Shown here: positions 46,582-55,941 of the stretch, piece after piece
Position numbering within the stretch: the first letter of the stretch is position 1
Layout: each line of letters begins with the position of its first letter
Origin: Craspedostauros australis
Taxonomy: Eukaryota
Assembly (NCBI GenBank): GCA_030167865.1
Contig: JALAGF010001013.1
Coordinates: forward strand, 1-55,941
Reading direction: 5' to 3'
DNA: 55,941 bases
Notes under the pieces: generated by a model
The model's database searches: none
Told to the model about the DNA's origin: nothing
The model's input: the letters and a program-made list of their open reading frames with translations, nothing else
Program-made: the position numbers and the translations under genes

Positions 46582-47699
46582 GGTTGCTTTATGATCTCGT
46601 TGTTGTCACCTCCCTCTCTCTGTTGCTTTCGCCTCGTCGTGTTGCGTTGCGATACGTTACGTTACGTTGCGTTGCGTTTGTGTGCTGATGCGCAGCGTGT
46701 TTTGCGCAGAGGGTCTCCGAGGGTTTCGTGTTGGTGGCAGCGCGTGGCGAGGGTGGCACACCAAACGTGGAAACACAAGCAAGAGGCACAAACACGGACG
46801 CACACGACAGAATTCGCCACGAAAAGCAAGAAGATCGCCAGAGAGGCCTTTGGATGCAAGTCTCGCCACGCCGAAGAAGCGTTCGGCATCGACTGAATTA
46901 TGATCCAGGCGACTCATTCGACCTCGACGACTCATATCCCCGAGTTCCCACGTTTCGAGTTTTTAGTGAGGTCGGCCGACGCGAAGGTTGAATGTGTTTC
47001 GATACAAAGCGCCCCACATTTTGGCAACGGTCTTGCGTTTCTCCGACTAATCCCAACAGTGCAAAAAACGACACAAACGTACCACCCGCGACACCCACGA
47101 GAAGAGGCGAGCCCACAAGGAACAATGTGTTGCCCTTGCGGGAAGCTTCTTTGGAAACCATCAGCAGGAGCGGCACAGAGAGCTAACGCAAACACAATGT
47201 GCCCCGCATGGAGGCACGGCAAAGACAAGCATCAGCATCGAAATCGGTCCCACCAGAGAGAGGTACAATCGAGCAGCAACAACAACGACAGGAGGAAGAC
47301 GAGGTCCATCGTGACCCCTGAAAGTGGGTTTGGTTGTGGTAGGTACTCCCGCTCCAAATCGTAGCTAGTCCTAAGTCAAGACAAACAGGGAAACATCTCC
47401 AGAGTATGATCGGTAATACGCGACGCTCTTCAACCCATCAATCATTCTGTGCATCAAGCTGCGGAACGCCTGACACAGGGATAACAGGAGGGAGTCGCCA
47501 CTGTGAACGTCACATACTTTGGGATCGACCATTCATCATCCACACGAAAGAGTCGCATTCACCAACAGAAGAAGCATCACACGCAAGCGCACACGCATAC
47601 TCTGCAAGTATTCACACCAAGTCAGCTTCGTCCGTCGATCTAACCAGAAGGATCGCAAAGACGCGTTGGTGCATTCATTGTCAGCAGCAGGGAAAGAAC

Positions 47700-49160
47700 A
47701 TGGAACGAAGCAGGCCGTGTCACCATCAGGACCTCCACGATCTGCCCGAGAATGATGGTCTCAGTATTATGGGTCAAGAATCCACATCCTCTAAGCATCT
47801 TTCGCAGACAGTCGCAAGTACAACCACAAGGCCAACGATCTGCGAACAAGATTCCAGCGATCCACGACCACACCGTGGCAGCACGCGCCATCTTTACCAA
47901 TCGTCTCAGCAAGACCAGGTACTCAATGATTACTTGACACCCACACAGAGACAGCATCAACGGATGCCAAGTATCGCCAGCTTCGATGGCTGTAGCGATG
48001 GTTGTAGCGATGACTCCGGCGCGACGGAAGACATGGAAGTGCTACCGTTCACCTGGCGTCGAACGGCCTGCTGCGGACCTCCCTTGAATCCACTTTCGCG
48101 TCGCCAAGGTGGCATAAAACGGCAGGGACAGCAATTGCGACGAGCCGAATTCTTCAGAGCACCAAACGCACCAGAATTGTGCGGCGGTGTGACCATCCTT
48201 GCCTGTGGCTCGCCCGACATCAAAGCGTTGAGGATGAGCACCGTTCCGCTCTACGAGGACTCCAGCGTCTTCGACATCGATGGATCAAACCATCTAAAGT
48301 TCGACTTCACGAGTATTCATCCTGAAGAAGACAATGAGAGATCATTGCGTGATGCCCCACGCACCACCGATAACCATGAGAAATCCATCCCTCTGGACCC
48401 TGCTAAGAACGAATCAGGTGACTGTGAAATAAAAATGTTGCCATGCTGCACAGCACGGACACCACCGACGGGATCAACGACGTCAGCGTCAGCAATAGCA
48501 ACAGGGGGAGCAAACGTGATAGCAGCAGTATCATCATCCTCGTCATCGCTGTCTTCGTCAAGGAGCCCCTCAGCATCGGCAGTATCGTCAGCATCAACGC
48601 TGAGTACACCGCCGTCACAACCACAGCGACGACGACAGTGCCACAGCTACAGTCATGGACGCGGGCACAGGCACAGAAACGACATGTGTCCCACAGACCA
48701 GCTGATCCACTCGATGCAGCAGCAGAGCTTGAATGATGTCACCGACGCCATCGCAATACCAATACCCCGCCAGCAATACCGTGCGAGAAAATCGAAATAC
48801 ACGAAGTATTCTCCCATCAAGCCTCCTGACAAAGAGAATCAACATGACCGGTCCCACATCCGCAAGGCGGCATCCCCCAATGCAAAGACCAAGCATCGCG
48901 TGGCATTGCACAGCATCATCAACACCAGCAGCAACCACAACGTGTCGCGGTCCAAACGTCTGCTCTCCTTGGATGCGCACAAACCTCCCACGTTGCACAG
49001 GCGCGCCTCGTACGATTCCTTGCCATCCCCTGCCGAAATTCAGGCCCATGACTTTGAACTGGCCGAACCGCATCCTCTCCAGTTGTTTCCAGGCGAGTCA
49101 CAGCATGGTGGCAAGATGGACGACCAGGACTGCCCACCACCACGACGGATATTCCGTTGA
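47700..49160 (+). CDS. Uncharacterised disordered protein carrying a KEN box and a D-box
   Basis: The ORF is open from 47406 (584 aa); the ATG at 47700 (MERSRP) is the likelier start. DKENQ at 48831-48839 and RVALHSIIN at 48897-48923. Confidence 0.65.
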   Translation: MERSRPCHHQDLHDLPENDGLSIMGQESTSSKHLSQTVASTTTRPTICEQDSSDPRPHRGSTRHLYQSSQQDQVLNDYLTPTQRQHQRMPSIASFDGCSDGCSDDSGATEDMEVLPFTWRRTACCGPPLNPLSRRQGGIKRQGQQLRRAEFFRAPNAPELCGGVTILACGSPDIKALRMSTVPLYEDSSVFDIDGSNHLKFDFTSIHPEEDNERSLRDAPRTTDNHEKSIPLDPAKNESGDCEIKMLPCCTARTPPTGSTTSASAIATGGANVIAAVSSSSSSLSSSRSPSASAVSSASTLSTPPSQPQRRRQCHSYSHGRGHRHRNDMCPTDQLIHSMQQQSLNDVTDAIAIPIPRQQYRARKSKYTKYSPIKPPDKENQHDRSHIRKAASPNAKTKHRVALHSIINTSSNHNVSRSKRLLSLDAHKPPTLHRRASYDSLPSPAEIQAHDFELAEPHPLQLFPGESQHGGKMDDQDCPPPRRIFR

Positions 49161-49827
49161 GTTGGGTGGTACCTATAATGGTGGGAATAGCGGGACGACG
49201 GAGCGACTGAGCACTCCTAAGATTGGGGAAATGGAGCACTCTCTCTTGAGTATTAGTGGACGGGAGTATACCAGTATACCTGGGAATGGAATAACGACTT
49301 GCAATGGGGGACAAAGATACGTACAGAAGAGTACTCTGGAGAGGAGTGTGCACGGGTCAGTCGCAAACACGTGGAGGCAGAGCGGTATCGGGGGCGATAC
49401 GTACTCATAAGCACAAACATGATCGGCCAACTTATGTAGGAGCTTCATGCTATGCGGCACTCGTCTGCGGCATGATCTCGGGGAATATATTTCACAGCAC
49501 TACTACTAATTACTCAGGGATTACATGAGAAATGTGCCAGTTGGCTTCACCCTCGCCGCTGTATATTTCACAACACTGGCAATGGTTTGGACGTATGGAT
49601 GCTCTGGTGCACGTACATATGCATACGAGTTGTCGTACTCCACCGTGACACCACATTATACTTCATTCGTACTCGGCGTATGCACATAGCACAGGACTCG
49701 TATGTGGCACACTCGTCATGCAGGGTGTGGTCTGGAGAAGCACACTCCAACACTGGTCGAACTGTTTGTGCTGGGGAGTGTATTCAAAATGTGTTTGTAT
49801 CATCATTACAATTCAACACGCATTTAG

Positions 49828-49839
49828 AGTTGGTGTTGG

Positions 49840-49871
<32 letters not shown>
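49828..49871. repeat. (GTT)n microsatellite
   Basis: Read directly; just 3' of the shugoshin-like stop codon. Confidence 0.9.
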
Positions 49872-49872
<1 letters not shown>

Positions 49873-49921
49873 GACTGTGCATGTACGTACGAGCACGAGC
49901 ATGATTGCGTTTTTGTTTTGC

Positions 49922-52900
49922 TCACAATCTCACTGTGCTTGATATTGGTTGTCGCGGTGTGCCTGATGCTGTCAAGGACATCGACCTTGTTGCGTCGTTG
50001 TTCTCCAACCCACTTGTCTTCGGAAAGTACGTATCTCCCTGCCTGAGCTTCGTGTTCAACGCTGGTTCTGCATAGGAGACTGGCTTGGAGATGTTGCGTC
50101 GTGGTTTGAAACGATGCAGCTGGTGACGGTTTCCAGGATCCTGCTGGCCTTGTTGCATCGTGCCAACGTTGGCACTTGGCAGCATCTTCTTGTTGCGTTG
50201 GGATGGCGCATCGAATGGCTCCTCATCCTCATCGAATGGTCGTTCCGCACTCTTGGAACGCCCGCTGTTGCTGATCGACTGACCCTGACGCGAATGCAAT
50301 GACGATCCGTAACGCGATGTGGAAGTCGGCACTTGCACTCGAGGCAAATAGCCAGGTGAGCGCTTGCTTTGGAACGCTGAACCAGCCGACCGAATATCTG
50401 GGGACCGGGAATCGTTGCTGCTGCTGATGTTGTCTGGCGATTGCTCTTCTGCCTGCCGTCTGGCCTCCCTCTCATCGAGGTGCCGTTGCATGGTTTCCTC
50501 CCGCAACCGACGCTGGTGCAAACGACGTCTGCGAGCGGATTCGCCGCCGCCGCCACCACCACCGCTGCTACTTCGGCGAGTATCACCAGAATCAGTCGTC
50601 CTGACAGATGCCGATGATGAAACAGGCGATGTGGACGTGCGCGGTTGCAATGCCTTCTCGTACCTTGCACGAGCTGTGGCGGGGACGACCTTCTCCGGAT
50701 GTTTCTTCCAGTCTGGAACAGCGTAGTCAGAATCTATGCCATGGTGTCCGTTCAGCGACAATGGGATGTCCTCTTGTTGTTGAAACTTTTGTTGCTGTTG
50801 CTGTTGCGATTGCGCCGGCTGCTGTTCTCCTTGAGCAAGATTTGCCTTGTCAGGTGTTTTGAAGGTGGTTGAATCTGAATGCCATGGATGGCTCTTGCCT
50901 TTGGCGCTGCCACTTCGTGGCACGTCTAACGCCGTCCCTTCCTGCGTTGTAGCATGGTGTCCAGGTGCAGATTCGAATTCATCGGTGGGGCTTGCATTGG
51001 ATGGACTAAGCTTGGGCGGACTGGCAAACGGGTCGTACAGCTCCGTCGATCCCCTGCTGCTATTCCTGCTGTGCCTGGTGGTTGTGGCGATTGACGTTTC
51101 TCCTGGGCTCGCGTGGATCTGGCTTTCGCCATTCGTGCCATCGATGCTGCTTCTGTCGTGTGCGCTGAGCCCGCCGTCCGGCTCGAACAAGGGTTGCGAC
51201 GTGTCCCATGCGGACTGAAAGTCAGCATCGACATCGGTATCTGTGGTCATGAGATCGTCAGTTGCCTGCATGGGCGTGCCTTGTGACGCTTGACTGCGCG
51301 CATCGGAGGGCGATGCCGGATCTGACTGGATGTCATCGCTGCTTGGCGATGTGTGCGTTTGTGCTTGCACATTTGACGGGGTGTTCTCGCTGGGCGTGCT
51401 CGGTTCCTCCCCTTCGTCGATGCTCACCGTAAGTCTGTGACCACCCATTGATAGGTTTGATGATACTGTGTGCCTGTCCTTGGTTGGCGATATGACGTCG
51501 CTGGGGAACTCCTCGTTGTACCGCGAGCTTTGGCTACGTGGAGAGATGAGGTCTGCCTTGGTAACCTTCGGTGAAGCGGTGAAGGGGAAGAGAGGCCTGG
51601 TGGTGTCCCTGCGTTCCTGAGTGAGATCGTCGCGTTCATCATCGTTGGCAGCTTCGACTTCGTCTTCGTCCTCCTCTGGAATGGCATCGGGAGCATTCGC
51701 TGCGATGCCGTCCCGTTGGTCGACGCTTGGAGCCCTGTGGATTGGCGTGATGAGGTGTGCTTGCGTCTGCAATCCGCCGGTCGCTCCCGTACCAATCTGC
51801 CCGTTTTGCAAGAGGTCTGGCGGCATCAAATCATCGCTAACGTTGAGCGATCTGGAAGCAACATCTTGCATGTCAGGGACCATGTCCACGTCCACGTCGA
51901 CGTCGACGCCAATGGCCATGTCTGCATCAGATCCCACAACGGGGTCCTCGTCCTTCTTTTCGTCACTCGAGTCCAATGCATCATCGGCATCCTTGTGTCT
52001 GCTGGATGTGCCAAACATTGCGGACGCTGATGCCGATTCAGTAAGCGACATGGTGGATGCAGAAGTGCTCGACTGCGCCTGCGTGGAGGATGGTGGCATT
52101 TGTGCTGACGCCGCAGGTGACGACGACGACGCCGAGTACGGCGACTTGGATGATGCAAGTCGTAGCCTGGATGCGGACAGGGAGAGTTCTGCCGCCGTGC
52201 TGCCGTTGGAAGGAGAAGGGGTGAGAACGTTCACCGGAGGCGCGGAGGATGGTTCCGCCGGGACCAGTTGCTGTGCTGAAGATGCGGTTGGTGTCGCGCC
52301 CGCTCCATTTTCCATCACCTTGCTGCGCGGAGTGGAGGCTTCGGATCGCGACGGTGTGGAAAGGAAGGATTCATCGGTTCGTTTGGTGGGTGTTGCAACT
52401 GCGGCTTCCGTCGTGTTGAGCTCGTCATCGGAGAATGATTGCGATAAGCGAGAAACTTCCGCCGAGAGGTTGCTTGCCATGCGTTGCGTTTGCTGGCGTT
52501 GCATCTCCAACGCCTCTGCTGCCCTCTGTTGGTGCATTGCCAATTCTCGTTTGAGCATGGTGACATGGCTGATGGCCTCGCGACATCTGGATGCCAAATT
52601 CATCTGTATGATGAGAGCAACATTGTGGTAATTGATGGCGCAATTGATGGCGTGATTGATGATGGATAAATGGATGAAAGTAGAAGTGGAAGGAAATGGT
52701 GAGCTGGTCAGCGAGTGATTTGTTGCGATCAAAGAGAGCCTGCATTTGAACATTGACAAGCGACAATCGGACGGGTACGCGCCATGTAACAATCATGGCC
52801 CATGATCATGGGTGGTGGCACTTACATTCTCCATGGTGAGGCGTGTCACGTTCTTGCACTCTTCGCGGTGGCGGACTCTAAGATCGCTCTGCGGTTCCGA

Positions 52901-53950
52901 TTGATTGATGGCACAATGATGTGATGAATTGGAGGGGGGCACCATCGATGTGTGCAGAGGTGAGCGTTTTTGAAGGAAAAAAACGAGAATGAGATGAGGG
53001 CGCGAGTGAGAAACTGCATGGTCGCATCGTTTCACATCGTGTTGCAATGGATAGCATGGCAAGTTGCTGCCTTCGCATGCTGTGGTGTATTATTATACAT
53101 CACAATGCAGGAGTATGAAAGGAGTACGAAAAGAGCATGAAAGGTGAAATTGACGGAGGATAGACTTGCGCTTCCACTTCGATGTTGTTGCTGTTGCTGA
53201 ATTGATTGTGAGCCGACTTACGAGTTCCTTCGCCAAACGGTAGTTCTTGGTGGTGAGAGACGCTTCTTCCGGAGACGGCCTTCGCCGAGTTGGAGGCACT
53301 CCATTTGCTGGAGGTGGCGCAGGTGCTGCTCGGTTCATCGGCGCCTGATTGGGTCTGGCATTCCCCATCTGTTGGGCAGGCCCAGCGGATGGAATGGCCG
53401 CAGGAGGCATCTGATTCGGCGCAGGGCCCCTGCTGATGCCCAACCGATTTGGTTCGGCGTTCTGGGATGTCGCAGCTCCGGCCAGAGCTTGGGCGTTCCT
53501 GGCCAAGAATGCGTGATGCTGCTGTTGTTGTTGTTGTTGCTGCTGTTGATGCTGCTGCTGTTGATGCTGCTGCTGATCCATCTGCTGTCTCTGGAAGAAG
53601 AGCTGCCTCTGCCTTTGCTGCTGCAGCAGGAACATCATCTGTTGCTGGTCCACATTCTGCTGAGGCTGCGAAGTTGGCTGGGGTGTGGCTCCTGCCCTCG
53701 TCTTTTGATTCGCAGCCTGCTGCTGCTTCTGTTGCTTCTGCTGCTGTTTCTGCTGCTTCTGCTGTTGTTTCTGCTGCTGTTTCTGCTGCTGTTTCTGCTG
53801 TTGCTTCTGCTGTTGCTTCTGCTGCTGCTTCTGCTGCTCCTTCTGCTGCTCCTTCTGTTCCTTCTGCTGCTGCTTTTGGGCCGCTTGTTCTTGGATCGCG
53901 GCTTGCTTCCTGCGGCTGCCACGCAGGTGCTTGCCGATGCCCGCCATCAT
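49922..53950 (-). CDS. SGO1: Shugoshin-like protein, 3 exons, about 1157 aa, with polyQ N-terminal extension
   Basis: Exons 53950-53222, 52888-52826 and 52603-49922. Both introns are GTAAGT..CAG, phase 0. Splicing gives the coiled coil KNYRLAKEL|SDLRVRHREECKNVTRLTMEN|MNLASR. The C-terminal SGO motif is KPRRNISKPVSYAEPALNTKLRQGD. Confidence 0.8.
53515..53875 (-). repeat. CAG/CAA-rich coding repeats including a 12-bp QQKQ tandem
   Basis: Read directly; lies inside exon 1 of the shugoshin-like gene. Confidence 0.9.
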
Positions 53951-55628
53951 CAAGTCTGTTCTCTGATCAGTGCTCGTGCAGCACTGGTGTGGCACTCGTA
54001 TTATATGTACTCGTATTATATGTACTCTATGGATGGGCCCAGACAATACAGATATAGGATCAGATGCAGGCCAAACGGACTCTCTCACTGTCAACGCTCG
54101 TGGCACGACGATCTGCTCCAAGTTGACCCACACGTGGAGATGACTCGCCAGCTGCGGAGGTATGGATAGATTATGGAAGAGGACGGTGCTGGTGTGTATG
54201 CTAGGTATACTACCTGAGTATGAGTATGAGTATCAGCTATGAGCCATGAGTCGCACAGTCAATCCTTGGAGGATACTCTCTGTGCCACGACAGCGAGCTG
54301 TGTGGTGTTCACGTGAACTGATGATGGATCTTGATGCGGTGTGGGCGCAACGTGGATGCGTTGTGTTGTCTTTTTCTCCCTTGTTTTATTCGCAGAGGAA
54401 GGAGGTATCTGTGCTTTCCTGTTTGCTCTTCTCGTTGCGTCTTTCTCTTCTTGGGATCAGCCTGTCGCTGTCTTGTTTCGTCTGTTGTTCTGGTTCTTGT
54501 TCTTGGTTGGTTGCTCCTTCCTCTCTCTCTGTGTGGTTCTGCGTCTCACTCCACTGCGTACCAATACCCGTGTCATGCCACACATCCTCTCGACATCTTC
54601 TCTCTCGCGCACTGTGGCGCTTCCTCACGAACCCCAGATGTCACACATGCAAGCGTCACATACGTGCAAACGCTCCAAAACAGTCGATGCCGAAATTCTG
54701 TGCTCGCGTTTGTCACTTGCCGTGTCCTGGATGCTCAGTTTGAAATTAAATTAGCCATAAATCTGTGCTGAATTGTACGCCCGCTGACCAATTTACGCGC
54801 ATGTCAGGTCGCCAACCTGTATTTTTTCTGTTGAGACTTCCGATCGATCACGGCAACAGGTCACATGATTCTTGTCACTGACGAATTTTATTAGAATCCC
54901 ACATGACTCCTTCATTATTTCGCCGAAGTCATCCAATGATCGCAGTCGGATCCACGAGCGGCAACGCGAAGAATCGTTCCCGTCACATCACAAATTCAAA
55001 CTGGCCGGATCGTGTTTGATTGGCAAACGCATGAGACATCGCACACCAACCACAACATGACATCATGCCACGCAGAGAACTTCTCTCCCTTCTCTTCAGT
55101 CTCTCGCCAACGCCAATACCACCACCAACAGCAACAACACCAAAAGCAGAGGACGAATCCGTCGAGCCATCCACAGCAGACTCACCAAATTCGATCCCAG
55201 GACAGCGTTTCTCTTCAAGTGCCATGCCACAGCCCCTCAGCTTTCGTTTCGTCTCGCTGATGAAAGATGGCGAGCAAAGAGATCGTGGCTTCCAGTGATG
55301 GCAGAGTTCATACGTATGATCATTCGCTCTCTCTCTACATATGAGCCCGATCAGTGAGTCGACCAATCGTTTGAAATGAAGAGTGCAGTCCAATTTCTGG
55401 GATTTTCAAACTAAGCACATATTCGCAATCTTCATAGATCTAAAACATATACCAATCCATTCCAGTTCCAAGGTTGGCCGTATTTTAAGTTTTATGGACC
55501 GATGGATGTGCTAATTTTTCGATCTCTTTCGGGTTTCAGCTATTTGGCTACGACTACATCGATCCAACTTAACCCTTTGCTGTTCTTCGTTTCAGCAAGT
55601 TTGTTCCGATTTTGAATTGTTTAGTCTC

Positions 55629-55725
55629 NNNNNNNNNNNNNNNNNNNNNNNNNNNNNNNNNNNNNNNNNNNNNNNNNNNNNNNNNNNNNNNNNNNNNNNN
55701 NNNNNNNNNNNNNNNNNNNNNNNNN
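55629..55725. other. Assembly gap (97 N)
   Basis: Run of n characters. Confidence 0.99.
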
Positions 55726-55941
55726 TCTATCCAGTGTTTGCATGATCCGTGATCTACGTCACCAAACTGGCTGCTGCGTCATGAACCACCAATCACAGCA
55801 CGATGTGAATCATCATCAACTGCGTTTCGTCGTGACGGAAGGGTTGAGTGTGGTTGATACTCCCGAAGTGTTTTGTGTCATGCTGCCTTCGTTCATTTTG
55901 GTACAATAGTTGATAATTGCCTCAGACCCCAAGATGTGCGA

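Noticed and set aside
55012..55298. Short + strand ORFs before the gap that might start a gene
   Set aside because: Under 85 aa, low complexity, no motif, and no convincing splice continuation.

Overview
This is gene-dense eukaryotic nuclear DNA, most likely from a diatom. The evidence is GT-AG introns, bipartite signal + ASAF/W-type plastid presequences, and several protein types typical of diatoms. I can support about 17 protein-coding genes: a tandem helicase-associated (HA) domain protein, a SPRY + META-like protein, SmG, a CRAL-TRIO-like protein, a zinc-ribbon protein, a cold-shock protein, TatD, a large BIG-type Sec7 ARF-GEF, a plastid HugZ/GluTR-binding-like protein, a METTL21-type methyltransferase, an organellar SerRS, a VIT1/CCC1 transporter, UBC12, a shugoshin-like protein and three low-complexity unknowns. 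Six genes only make sense after splicing; exon boundaries were worked out by hand. I found no rRNA, tRNA, CRISPR array or recognisable transposon, and there is a 97-nt N gap near the right end. The most interesting observations are: (1) a spliced, polyQ-extended shugoshin whose PP2A-binding coiled coil is split over three exons; (2) next to it, an unannotated protein with a KEN box plus a textbook D-box; (3) a 13-bp minisatellite made of repeated 5' splice-site hexamers; (4) a tepsin-like AP-4-binding motif at the N-terminus of the ARF-GEF. All family calls come from motif recognition, not database searches.
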